Source: Eledone cirrhosa (lineage: Eukaryota). Taken from it: DNA of 64,000 nt. This document shows, in pieces, positions 12,081-26,300 of this stretch; position 1 is the stretch's first letter, and each line of letters starts with the position of its first letter. Below the pieces are notes generated by a model, which searched no databases, was not told the DNA's origin, and saw nothing but the letters and a program-made list of their open reading frames with translations. A program made the translations under genes and the position numbers. The stretch spans positions 33,294,001 to 33,358,000 of the forward strand of contig OZ024740.1 in the NCBI GenBank assembly GCA_964016885.1. Reading direction: 5' to 3'.

Positions 12081-14378
12081 TTAGGTAAGGCGGGTCTTCT
12101 CTGTTACTGAGTACCGCCAAAGGTCTCGGTCCAGTGACATTGTCTTGGAGAGGTGTAAGTGTGTGATGTCGGAGTTTATCAGCTCGTCCCAGGTTTTTCT
12201 AGGTCTGCCTATTCCGTGACTACCGTCTATCTTTATTGCCCTGCACTTTGTTATACAGCTATCGACTTTCATGCGCATCACGTGTCCATACCAACGTAGC
12301 CTTCTCTCGAGTAAACAACATCTGATCCCTCTTATCTCTAATTTATTCCTTAGTTCGTTTATGCTTTGCCGTTCACGTATATTACTGTTACACATCCAGC
12401 GGAGCATGCAAGCTTCGTTCCTCTCTAGTCTGCGTATATCCTCTGCACACAATGCCCAGGTCTCACTGCCATGCAGCATTGCTGTTCGTATGCAGGCATC
12501 GTACAACCTGCCTTTCATTTTTAGTGAGAACCCTTTAGCAGCTAATAGTGGTATAAGCTCTCTGAACTTTTTCCAACCAGTTCTGACTCTAGCTACAGTA
12601 CTTTCAGAGCACCCTCCCCCACTGCTGATTTTATCGCCCAGGTAACGGAAGCTGTCCACTATTTCTATAGAACCCTCTGCGCAATTGAAAGAGCTAGTAG
12701 TTTGTGGGCACTTGCTGCTACTTATTGCACCAGAGCACCGGCCACATGTAAAATCTATGTTCTTAGTTAGCTTACCTGTGATCCCACTACATCTTTTATG
12801 CACCCATACTTTGCATTTAGGACATAAAATGGAGTTTCTACCTACGCCTTTCCTACACACCGAGCACGACCATTTCCCAGAAGGGACCGCCGCCTTGTTT
12901 TCTTTCCTACAAACTAGTACTTTGGTCTTAGCCAGGTTAATTTTAAGTCCTTTTGACTCTAGGCCGTGCTTCCATGTTTGGAATTTCTTCTCTAGCTCGG
13001 CCATTGATTCCGCTATGAGTGTCAGGTCGTCTGCGTATAGGAGTTCCCATGGGCAGCCTGTCTTGAACTCCTCTGTTATAGCCTGAAGGGCAATAATAAA
13101 TAGTAGTGGACTGAGAACAGAGCCCTGATGGACGCCGACTTTTACGCTAAACTCTTCACTATATTCGTTGTTAATTCTAACCTTGCTGACTGTTTCTTTA
13201 TACATGGCTTGTATAGCCCTCACAAGCCATTCGTCAACGCCTAGTTTTCTAAGAGCCCACCAGATAATGGAGCGGGGGACTCTGTCGAAGGCTTTCTCCA
13301 AGTCGACAAAAGCTAAGTAGAGGGGTTTACCTTTAGCTAGGTACTTCTCCTGTAGTTGTCGTACTATGAAAAGAGCGTCTGTGGTACTTTTGCCTGACAC
13401 AAACCCGAACTGCATTTCATCTAGGTCAATTCTCTCTCTGATTAGTTGCGCTATTACTCTTTCCGTGACCTTCATGACCTGGTCGATTAATTTAATGCCT
13501 CTATAGTTACTCCTATCTAGGGCGTCTCCTTTACCCTTATAACAGTTAACGATGATGCTGCTATGCCAGTCCTTCGGAACAACCCCGTTCTGTACGACTT
13601 GGTTAACTATGCGGGTGACCATGGTGTGTCCCACCGTGCCAGATGCCTTCAGCATCTCAGCAACTATTTCCGAAGGCCCAGCCGCCTTACCAGTCTTCAT
13701 ATCCTTGATTGCCTTACTTATTATACTCCCCTCGACTAACACTGCTGGTCCCTCTATTGGGTCGATATGGGGGAGACTGCCTTTCTCCCAATTATTCTCC
13801 TCATTTAGAAGCCTTTCATAGTGACACTTCCAAGCTACCTTCTTATCAGCGTCGGTGATGGCAAGTGTGCCATCGTCGTTTAGTACACACTTCTCCCCGA
13901 CAATATCACGGTTTTACTTGACGCATTGCCTAGCAATCCTGAACACCTCACGTTTTTGGTCATCGCGTTGTAGAACATGCTTGAACTTTCTTTCCTCAGC
14001 TTCCCTTCTTGCTAAGTACACTTGTCTCCTAGCTTCCCTCCTGGCCACTTGATAGTCCTCTCTACTTCCCCCATCCCGCCATACTTTCCAAGCCTGCTTT
14101 TTGGCCTTAATTGACCCCTCCACCTTACTGTTCCACCACCATGTTACTCTCCTCCTGCCTACAGGCCTGCTCCAGCCACAGACCTCGTCTGTCGCCAACA
14201 GCAGGTTTGCTTTCAGAAATTCCCACTCTCCCTCTATATTGTCCGACTCTAAATGTTCTTCCTTACTGTCGAAAGCATCAAGTAATATGCTTTGAAATTT
14301 ATTCCTGGCTGTGGGGTCCTTTAGCTTCCATATTTTCCTCCTGAGGATAGTCCTCTTCTGTTGTCGAGTACGTCTCGT
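12081..14378 (-). pseudogene. RTE ORF remnant (linker + RT + PHD finger + C-terminus) with one in-frame nonsense codon
   Basis: Track ORFs 13914..14198 and 12081..13742 are in the same frame. Reading from 14378 (TRRTRQQKRTILRRKIWKLKD...) is open except for TAA at 13914-13916 (RQCVK*NRDIVGEKC). Confidence 0.9.
12735..12866 (-). other. PHD-type zinc finger (C4HC3) coding segment inside the RT
   Basis: CSVC-x10-CPKC-x4-H-x2-C-x14-CGRC, located between GLKINLAKTKVL and FRYLG. Confidence 0.85.
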
Positions 14379-14380
14379 CC

Positions 14381-17300
14381 TGACTATCTATATATTCTAG
14401 ATTGTATTCATCTATATTTTCTAGATAGAAAGTGACCATCTATATATTCTAGATAGAAAATGACCATCTATATATTCTATATAGAAAGTGACCATTTATA
14501 TATTTTAGATAGAAAGTGTTCATTTATATATTCTAGATAGAAAATGACCATCTATATATTTTAGATAGAAAGTGACCATCTATATATTTTAGACAGGAAG
14601 TGTTCATCTATATATTCTAGATAGAAAGTGACCATCCATATAATCTAGATAGAAAGTTTTCATATATATATTCTAGATAGGAAGTGACCATCTATATATT
14701 TTAGATAGAAAGTGTTCATCTATATATTCTAGAGAGAAAGTGTTCATCTATATATTTTAGATAGAAAGTGACCATCTATATATTTTAGATAAAGAGTGAC
14801 CATCTATATATTTTAGATAGAAAGTGTTCATCTATATATTCTAGATAGAAAGTTTTCATATATATATTCTAGATAGAAAGTGACCATCTATATATTTTAG
14901 ATAGAAAGTGTTCATCTATATATTCTAGATAGAAAGTGACCATCTATACATTCTAGATATAAAGTGTTCATCTATATAATCTAGATATAAAGTGTTCATC
15001 TATATATTCTAGATAGAAAGTGACCATGTATATATTCTAGATAGAAAGTGTTCATCTATATATTTTAGATAGAAATTGACCATCTATATATTTTAGATAG
15101 AAAGTGACCATCTATATATTTTAGATAGAAAGTAACCATCTATATATTCTAGATAGAAAGTGTTCATCTATATATTCCTGATAGAAAGTGTTCATCTATA
15201 TAATCTAGATAGAAAGTGTTCATCTATATATTCTAGATAAAAAGTGACCATGTATATATTCTAGATAGAAAGTAACCATCTACATATTTTAGATTGAAAA
15301 TGACCATCTATATATATATTCTAGATAGAAAGTGTTCATATATATATTCTAGATAGAAAGTGTTCATCTATATATTCCAGATAAAAAGTGTTCATCTATA
15401 TATTCTACATAGAAAGTGTTCATCTATATATTTTAGATAGAAAGTGATTATTTATATATTCTAGATAGAAAATGACCATCTATATATTCTAGATAGAAAG
15501 TGACCATCTATATATTTTAGATAGAAAGTAACCATCTATATATTTTAGACAGAAAGTGTTCATCTATATATTCTAGATAGAAAGTGTTCATCTATATATT
15601 CTAGATAGAAAGTGACCATCTATATATTCCAGATAGAAAGTGTTCATCTATATATTCTAGATAGAAAGTGACTATCTATATATTCTAGATAGAAAATGAC
15701 AATCTATATATTTCAGATAGAATGTGACCATCTATATTTTTTAAATAGAAAATGACCATCTATATATTCTAGATAGAAAGTGACCATCTATATATTCTAG
15801 ATAGAATGTATTCATCTATATTTTCTAGATAGAAAGTGACCATCTATATATTCTAGAATGAAAGTGACCATCTATATATTCTATAAAGAAAGTGACCATT
15901 TATATATTTTAGATAGAAAGTGTTCATCTATATATTCCAGGTAGAAAGTGTTTATGTATATAATCTAGATAGAAAGTGTTCATCTATATATTCTAGATAG
16001 AAAGTGACCATGTATATATTCTAGATAGAAAGTAACCATCTATATATTTTAGATTGAAAATGACCATCTATATATATATTCTAGATAGAAAGTGTTCATA
16101 TATATATTCTAAATAGAAAGTGTTCATATATATATTCTAGATAGAAAGTGTTCATCTATATATTCCAGATAAAAAGTGTTCATCTATATATTCTACATAG
16201 AAAGTGTTCATCTATATATTTTAGATAGAAAGTGTTTATTTATATATTCTAGATAGAAAGTGTTTATTTATATATTCTAGATAGAAAGTGTTCATCTATA
16301 TATTTTAGATAGAAAGTGACCATCTATATATTCTATATAGAAAGAGACATCTATATATTTTAGATAGAAAGTGTTCATCTATATATTCTAAATAGAAAAT
16401 GACCATCTATATATTTTAGATAGAAAGTGACCATCTATATATTTTAGACAGAAAGTGTTCATCTATATATTCTAGATAGAAAGTGACCATCTATATATTC
16501 TAGATAGAAAATGACCATCTATATATTTTAGATAGAAAGTGTTCATCTATATATTCTAGATAGAAAGTGACTATCTATATATTCTAGATAGAAAATGACA
16601 ATCTATATATTTCAGATAGAATGTGACCATCTATATATTTTAAATAGAAAATGACCATCTATATATTCTAGATAGAAAGTGACCATCTATATATTTTAGA
16701 TAGAAAGTAACCATCTATATATTTTAGACAGAAAGTGTTCATCTATATATTCTAGATAGAAAGTGTTCATCTATATATTCTAGATAGAAAGTGACCATCT
16801 ATATATTCCAGATAGAAAGTGTTCATCTATATATTCTAGATAGAAAGTGTTCATCTATATATTCTACATAGAAAGTGTTCATCTATATATTTTAGATAGA
16901 AAGTGTTTATTTATATATTCTAGATAGAAAGTGTTCATCTATATATTCTAGATAGAAAGTGACCATCTATATATTCTAGATAGATTGTATTCATCTATAT
17001 TTTCTAGATAGAAAGTGACCATCTATATATTCTAGATAGAAAATGACCATCTATATATTCTATATAGAAAGTGACCATTTATATATTTTAGATAGAAAGT
17101 GTTCATTTATATATTCTAGATAGAAAATGACCATCTATATATTTTAGATAGAAAGTGACCATCTATATATTTTAGACAGGAAGTGTTCATCTATATATTC
17201 TAGATAGAAAGTGACCATCCATATAATCTAGATAGAAAGTTTTCATATATATATTCTAGATAGGAAGTGACCATCTATATATTTTAGATAGAAAGTGTTC

Positions 17301-20300
17301 ATCTATATATTCTAGAGAGAAAGTGTTCATCTATATATTTTAGATAGAAAGTGACCATCTATATATTTTAGATAAAGAGTGACCATCTATATATTTTAGA
17401 TAGAAAGTGTTCATCTATATATTCTAGATAGAAAGTTTTCATATATATATTCTAGATAGAAAGTGACCATCTATATATTTTAGATAGAAAGTGTTCATCT
17501 ATATATTCTAGATAGAAAGTGACCATCTATACATTCTAGATATAAAGTGTTCATCTATATAATCTAGATATAAAGTGTTCATCTATATATTCTAGATAGA
17601 AAGTGACCATGTATATATTCTAGATAGAAAGTGTTCATCTATATATTTTAGATAGAAATTGACCATCTATATATTTTAGATAGAAAGTGACCATCTATAT
17701 ATTTTAGATAGAAAGTAACCATCTATATATTCTAGATAGAAAGTGTTCATCTATATATTCCTGATAGAAAGTGTTCATCTATATAATCTAGATAGAAAGT
17801 GTTCATCTATATATTCTAGATAAAAAGTGACCATGTATATATTCTAGATAGAAAGTAACCATCTACATATTTTAGATTGAAAATGACCATCTATATATAT
17901 ATTCTAGATAGAAAGTGTTCATATATATATTCTAGATAGAAAGTGTTCATATATATATTCTAGATAGAAAGTGTTCATCTATATATTCCAGATAAAAAGT
18001 GTTCATCTATATATTCTACATAGAAAGTGTTCATCTATATATTTTAGATAGAAAGTGATTATTTATATATTCTAGATAGAAAATGACCATCTATATATTC
18101 TAGATAGAAAGTGACCATCTATATATTTTAGATAGAAAGTAACCATCTATATATTTTAGACAGAAAGTGTTCATCTATATATTCTAGATAGAAAGTGTTC
18201 ATCTATATATTCTAGATAGAAAGTGACCATCTATATATTCCAGATAGAAAGTGTTCATCTATATATTCTAGATAGAAAGTGACTATCTATATATTCTAGA
18301 TAGAAAATGACAATCTATATATTTCAGATAGAATGTGACCATCTATATATTTTAAATAGAAAATGACCATCTATATATTCTAGATAGAAAGTGACCATCT
18401 ATATATTCTAGATAGAATGTATTCATCTATATTTTCTAGATAGAAAGTGACCATCTATATATTCTAGAATGAAAGTGACCATCTATATATTCTATAAAGA
18501 AAGTGACCATTTATATATTTTAGATAGAAAGTGTTCATCTATATATTCCAGGTAGAAAGTGTTTATCTATATAATCTAGATAGAAAGTGTTCATCTATAT
18601 ATTCTAGATAGAAAATGACCATCTATATATTTTAGATAGAAAGTGACCATCTATATATTTTAGACAGGAAGTGTTCATCTATATATTCTAGATAGAAAGT
18701 GACCATCCATATAATCTAGATAGAAAGTTTTCATATATATATTCTAGATAGGAAGTGACCATCTATATATTTTAGATAGAAAGTGTTCATCTATATATTC
18801 TAGAGAGAAAGTGTTCATCTATATATTTTAGATAGAAAGTGACCATCTATATATTTTAGATAAAGAGTGACCATCTATATATTTTAGATAGAAAGTGTTC
18901 ATCTATATATTCTAGATAGAAAGTTTTCATATATATATTCTAGATAGAAAGTGACCATCTATATATTTTAGATAGAAAGTGTTCATCTATATATTCTAGA
19001 TAGAAAGTGACCATCTATACATTCTAGATATAAAGTGTTCATCTATATAATCTAGATATAAAGTGTTCATCTATATATTCTAGATAGAAAGTGACCATGT
19101 ATATATTCTAGATAGAAAGTGTTCATCTATATATTTTAGATAGAAATTGACCATCTATATATTTTAGATAGAAAGTGACCATCTATATATTTTAGATAGA
19201 AAGTAACCATCTATATATTCTAGATAGAAAGTGTTCATCTATATATTCCTGATAGAAAGTGTTCATCTATATAATCTAGATAGAAAGTGTTCATCTATAT
19301 ATTCTAGATAAAAAGTGACCATGTATATATTCTAGATAGAAAGTAACCATCTACATATTTTAGATTGAAAATGACCATCTATATATATATTCTAGATAGA
19401 AAGTGTTCATATATATATTCTAGATAGAAAGTGTTCATATATATATTCTAGATAGAAAGTGTTCATCTATATATTCCAGATAAAAAGTGTTCATCTATAT
19501 ATTCTACATAGAAAGTGTTCATCTATATATTTTAGATAGAAAGTGATTATTTATATATTCTAGATAGAAAATGACCATCTATATATTCTAGATAGAAAGT
19601 GACCATCTATATATTTTAGATAGAAAGTAACCATCTATATATTTTAGACAGAAAGTGTTCATCTATATATTCTAGATAGAAAGTGTTCATCTATATATTC
19701 TAGATAGAAAGTGACCATCTATATATTCCAGATAGAAAGTGTTCATCTATATATTCTAGATAGAAAGTGACTATCTATATATTCTAGATAGAAAATGACA
19801 ATCTATATATTTCAGATAGAATGTGACCATCTATATATTTTAAATAGAAAATGACCATCTATATATTCTAGATAGAAAGTGACCATCTATATATTCTAGA
19901 TAGAATGTATTCATCTATATTTTCTAGATAGAAAGTGACCATCTATTTATTCTAGATAGAAAGTGACCATCTATATATTCTATATAGAAAGTGACCATTT
20001 ATATATTTTAGATAGAAAGTGTTCATCTATATATTCCAGATAGAAAGTGTTCATCTATATAATCTAGATAGAAAGTGTTCATCTATATATTCTAGATAGA
20101 AAGTGACCATGTATATATTCTAGATAGAAAGTAACCATCTATATATTTTAGATTGAAAATGACCATCTATATATATATTCTAGATAGAAAGTGTTCATAT
20201 ATATATTCTAGATAGAAAGTGTTCATATATATATTCTAGATAGAAAGTGTTCATCTATATATTCCAGATAAAAAGTGTTCATCTATATATTCTACATAGA

Positions 20301-23300
20301 AAGTGTTCATCTATATATTTTAGATAGAAAGTGTTTATTTATATATTCTAGATAGAAAGTGTTCATCTATATATTTTAGATAGAAAGTGACCATCTATAT
20401 ATTCTATATAGAAAGTGACATCTATATATTTTAGATAGAAAGTGTTCATCTATATATTCTAGATAGAAAATGACCATCTATATATTTTAGATAGAAAGTG
20501 ACCATCTATATATTTTAGACAGAAAGTGTTCATCTATATATTCTACATAGAAAGTGTTCATCTATATATTTTAGATAGAAAGTGTTTATTTATATATTCT
20601 AGATAGAAAGTGTTCATCTATATATTCTAGATAGAAAGTGACCATCTATATATTCTAGATAGAATGTATTCATCTATATTTTCTAGATAGAAAGTGACCA
20701 TCTATATATTCTAGATAGAAAATGACCATCTATATATTCTATATAGAAAGTGACCATCTATATATTCTAGATAGAAAGTGAGCATCTATATATTCTAGAT
20801 AGAATGTATTCATCTATATTTTCTAGATAGAAAGTGACCATCTATATATTCTAGATAGAAAGTGTTCATCTATATATTCTAGATAGAAAGTGACTATCTA
20901 TATATTCTAGATAGAAAATGACAATCTATATATTTCAGATAGAATGTGACCATCTATATATTTTAAATAGAAAATGACCATCTATATATTCTAGATAGAA
21001 AGTGACCATCTATATATTTTAGATAGAAAGTGACCATCTATATATTTTAGACAGAAAGTGTTCATCTATATATTCTAGATAGAAAGTGTTCATCTATATA
21101 TTCTAAATAGAAAGTGACCATCTATATATTCCAGATAGAAAGTGTTCATCTATATATTCTAGATAGAAAGTGTTCATCTATATATTCTACATAGAAAGTG
21201 TTCATCTATATACTTTAGATAGAAAGTGTTTATTTATATATTCTAGATAGAAAGTGTTCATCTATATATTCTAGATAGAAAGTGACCATCTATATATTCT
21301 AGATAGAATGTATTCATCTATATTTTCTAGATAGAAAGTGACCATCTATATATTCTAGATAGAAAGTGACCATCTATATATTCTATATGGAAAGTGACCA
21401 TTTATATATTTTAGATAGAAAGTGTTCATCTATATATTCCAGATAGAAAGTGTTTATCTATATAATCTAGATAGAAAGTGTTCATCTATATATTCTAGAT
21501 AGAAAGTGACCATGTATATATTCTAGATAGAAAGTAACCATCTATATATTTTAGATTGAAAATGACCATCTATATATATATTCTAGATAGAAAGTGTTCA
21601 TATATATATTCTAGATAGAAAGTGTTCATATATATATTCTAGATAGAAAGTGTTCATCTATATATTCCAGATAAAAAGTGTTCATCTATATATTCTATAT
21701 AGAAAGTGTTCATCTATATATTTTAGATAGAAAGTGTTTATTTATATATTCTAGATAGAAAGTGTTCATCTATATATTTTAGATAGAAAGTGACCATCTA
21801 TATATTCTATATAGAAAGTGACATCTATATATTTTAGATAGAAAGTGTTCATCTATATATTCTAGAAATGACCATCTATATATTTTAGATAGAAAGTGAC
21901 CATCTATATATTTTAGACAGAAAGTGTTCATCTATATATTCTAGATAGAAAGTGACCATCTATATATTCTAGATAGAAAATGACCATCTATATATTTTAG
22001 ATAGAAAGTGTTCATCTATATATTCTAGATAGAAAGTGACCATCTATATATTCTAGATAGAAAGTGTTCATCTATATATTCTAGATAGAAAGTGACTATC
22101 TATATATTCTAGATAGAAAATGACAATCTATATATTTCAGATAGAATGTGACCATCTATATATTTTAAATAGAAAATGACCATCTATATATTCTAGATAG
22201 AAAGTGACCATCTATATATTTTAGATAGAAAGTAACCATCTATATATTTTAGACAGAAAGTGTTCATCTATATATTCTAGATAGAAAGTGTTCATCTATA
22301 TATTCTAGATAGAAAGTGACCATCTATATATTCCAGATAGAAAGTGTTCATCTATATATTCTAGATAGAAAGTGTTCCTCTATATATTCTACATAGAAAG
22401 TGTTCATCTATACATTTTAGATAGAAAGTGTTTATTTATATATTCTAGAGAGAAAGTGTTCATCTATATATTCTAGATAGAAAGTGACCATCTATATATT
22501 CTAGATAGATTGTATTCATCTATATATTCTAGATAGAAAGTGACCATCTATATATTCTAGATAGAAAGTGTTCATCTATATATTCTAGATAGAAAGTGAC
22601 TATCTATATATTCTAGATAGAAAATGACAATCTATATATTTCAGATAGAATGTGACCATCTATATATTTTAAATAGAAAATGACCATCTATATATTCTAG
22701 ATAGAAAGTGACCATCTATATATTTTAGATAGAAAGTGACCATCTATATATTTTAGACAGAAAGTGTTCATCTATATTTTCTAGATAGAAAGTGACCATC
22801 TATATATTCTAGATAGAAAGTGACCATCTATATATTCTATATAGAAAGTGACCATTTATATATTTTAGATAGAAAGTGTTCATCTATATATTCCAGATAG
22901 AAAGTGTTCATCTATATAATCTAGATAGAAAGTGTTCATCTATATATTCTAGATAGAAAGTGACCATGTATATATTCTAGATAGAAAGTAACCATCTATA
23001 TATTTTAGATTGAAAATGACCATCTATATATATATTCTAGATAGAAAGTGTTCATATATATATTCTAGATAGAAAGTGTTCATATATATATTCTAGATAG
23101 AAAGTGTTCATCTATATATTCCAGATAAAAAGTGTTCATCTATATATTCTACATAGAAAGTGTTCATCTATATATTTTAGATAGAAAGTGTTTATTTATA
23201 TATTCTAGATAGAAAGTGTTCATCTATATATTTTAGATAGAAAGTGACCATCTATATATTCTATATAGAAAGTGACATCTATATATTTTAGATAGAAAGT

Positions 23301-26300
23301 GTTCATCTATATATTCTAGATAGAAAATGACCATCTATATATTTTAGATAGAAAGTGACCATCTATATATTTTAGACAGAAAGTGTTCATCTATATATTC
23401 TACATAGAAAGTGTTCATCTATATATTTTAGATAGAAAGTGTTTATTTATATATTCTAGATAGAAAGTGTTCATCTATATATTCTAGATAGAAAGTGACC
23501 ATCTATATATTCTAGATAGAATGTATTCATCTATATTTTCTAGATAGAAAGTGACCATCTATATATTCTAGATAGAAAATGACCATCTATATATTCTATA
23601 TAGAAAGTGACCATCTATATATTCTAGATAGAAAGTGAGCATCTATATATTCTAGATAGAATGTATTCATCTATATTTTCTAGATAGAAAGTGACCATCT
23701 ATATATTCTAGATAGAAAGTGTTCATCTATATATTCTAGATAGAAAGTGACTATCTATATATTCTAGATAGAAAATGACAATCTATATATTTCAGATAGA
23801 ATGTGACCATCTATATATTTTAAATAGAAAATGACCATCTATATATTCTAGATAGAAAGTGACCATCTATATATTTTAGATAGAAAGTGACCATCTATAT
23901 ATTTTAGACAGAAAGTGTTCATCTATATATTCTAGATAGAAAGTGTTCATCTATATATTCTAAATAGAAAGTGACCATCTATATATTCCAGATAGAAAGT
24001 GTTCATCTATATATTCTAGATAGAAAGTGTTCATGTATATATTCTACATAGAAAGTGTTCATCTATATACTTTAGATAGAAAGTGTTTATTTATATATTC
24101 TAGATAGAAAGTGTTCATCTATATATTCTAGATAGAAAGTGACCATCTATATATTCTAGATAGAATGTATTCATCTATATTTTCTAGATAGAAAGTGACC
24201 ATCTATATATTCTAGATAGAAAGTGACCATCTATATATTCTATATGGAAAGTGACCATTTATATATTTTAGATAGAAAGTGTTCATCTATATATTCCAGA
24301 TAGAAAGTGTTTATCTATATAATCTAGATAGAAAGTGTTCATCTATATATTCTAGATAGAAAGTGACCATGTATATATTCTAGATAGAAAGTAACCATCT
24401 ATATATTTTAGATTGAAAATGACCATCTATATATATATTCTAGATAGAAAGTGTTCATATATATATTCTAGATAGAAAGTGTTCATATATATATTCTAGA
24501 TAGAAAGTGTTCATCTATATATTCCAGATAAAAAGTGTTCATCTATATATTCTATATAGAAAGTGTTCATCTATATATTTTAGATAGAAAGTGTTTATTT
24601 ATATATTCTAGATAGAAAGTGTTCATCTATATATTTTAGATAGAAAGTGACCATCTATATATTCTATATAGAAAGTGACATCTATATATTTTAGATAGAA
24701 AGTGTTCATCTATATATTCTAGAAATGACCATCTATATATTTTAGATAGAAAGTGACCATCTATATATTTTAGACAGAAAGTGTTCATCTATATATTCTA
24801 GATAGAAAGTGACCATCTATATATTCTAGATAGAAAATGACCATCTATATATTTTAGATAGAAAGTGTTCATCTATATATTCTAGATAGAAAGTGACCAT
24901 CTATATATTCTAGATAGAAAGTGTTCATCTATATATTCTAGATAGAAAGTGACTATCTATATATTCTAGATAGAAAATGACAATCTATATATTTCAGATA
25001 GAATGTGACCATCTATATATTTTAAATAGAAAATGACCATCTATATATTCTAGATAGAAAGTGACCATCTATATATTTTAGATAGAAAGTAACCATCTAT
25101 ATATTTTAGACAGAAAGTGTTCATCTATATATTCTAGATAGAAAGTGTTCATCTATATATTCTAGATAGAAAGTGACCATCTATATATTCCAGATAGAAA
25201 GTGTTCATCTATATATTCTAGATAGAAAGTGTTCCTCTATATATTCTAGATAGAAAGTGTTCATCTATACATTTTAGATAGAAAGTGTTTATTTATATAT
25301 TCTAGAGAGAAAGTGTTCATCTATATATTCTAGATAGAAAGTGACCATCTATATATTCTAGATAGATTGTATTCATCTATATATTCTAGATAGAAAGTGA
25401 CCATCTATATATTCTAGATAGAAAGTGTTCATCTATATATTCTAGATAGAAAGTGACTATCTATATATTCTAGATAGAAAATGACAATCTATATATTTCA
25501 GATAGAATGTGACCATCTATATATTTTAAATAGAAAATGACCATCTATATATTCTAGATAGAAAGTGACCATCTATATATTTTAGATAGAAAGTGACCAT
25601 CTATATATTTTAGACAGAAAGTGTTCATCTATATTTTCTAGATAGAAAGTGACCATCTATATATTCTAGATAGAAAGTGACCATCTATATATTCTATATA
25701 GAAAGTGACCATTTATATATTTTAGATAGAAAGTGTTCATCTATATATTCCAGATAGAAAGTGTTCATCTATATAATCTAGATAGAAAGTGTTCATCTAT
25801 ATATTCTAGATAGAAAGTGACCATGTATATATTCTAGATAGAAAGTAACCATCTATATATTTTAGATTGAAAATGACCATCTATATATATATTCTAGATA
25901 GAAAGTGTTCATATATATATTCTAGATAGAAAGTGTTCATATATATATTCTAGATAGAAAGTGTTCATCTATATATTCCAGATAAAAAGTGTTCATCTAT
26001 ATATTCTACATAGAAAGTGTTCATCTATATATTTTAGATAGAAAGTGTTTATTTATATATTCTAGATAGAAAGTGTTCATCTATATATTTTAGATAGAAA
26101 GTGACCATCTATATATTCTATATAGAAAGTGACATCTATATATTTTAGATAGAAAGTGTTCATCTATATATTCTAGATAGAAAATGACCATCTATATATT
26201 TTAGATAGAAAGTGACCATCTATATATTTTAGACAGAAAGTGTTCATCTATATATTCTACATAGAAAGTGTTCATCTATATATTTTAGATAGAAAGTGTT

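Larger units (their letters stand above)
11682..14380 (-). mobile_element. RTE-clade non-LTR retrotransposon (LINE), 5'-truncated, copy 1
   Basis: RT motifs KAAGPS, NYRGIKL, QFGF, FVDLEKAFDRV, GVHQGSVLSP, LYADD and FRYLG. RTE-type C-terminus RRLRWYGHVMRM...GRPRKTW. ~380-bp 3' UTR and a (GAT)7 tail. The endonuclease domain is missing. Confidence 0.93.
1815..18612. repeat. Segmental duplication copy A (~16.8 kb, satellite plus RTE)
   Basis: Diagnostic variants and the whole RTE recur at +18,098 bp, then at +18,126 bp after one extra monomer near 33450. The match begins near 1815/19913 and breaks near 18613/36740. Confidence 0.88.

Noticed and set aside
12081-13742. Bacterial RT system (retron, group II intron, DGR, or RT linked to a repeat array)
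   Set aside because: The motifs, tail and C-terminus are those of eukaryotic RTE LINEs, and the second RT has an APE domain and a TSD.
13914-13916. Programmed readthrough or a two-ORF organisation at the TAA
   Set aside because: A single GAA>TAA or similar mutation is simpler. Its presence in both copies reflects duplication rather than conservation.
11773-14344. Short + strand ORFs over the RTE (also 29871-32442)
   Set aside because: They are antisense shadows of the RT frame or lie in the 3' UTR, with no recognisable motifs.
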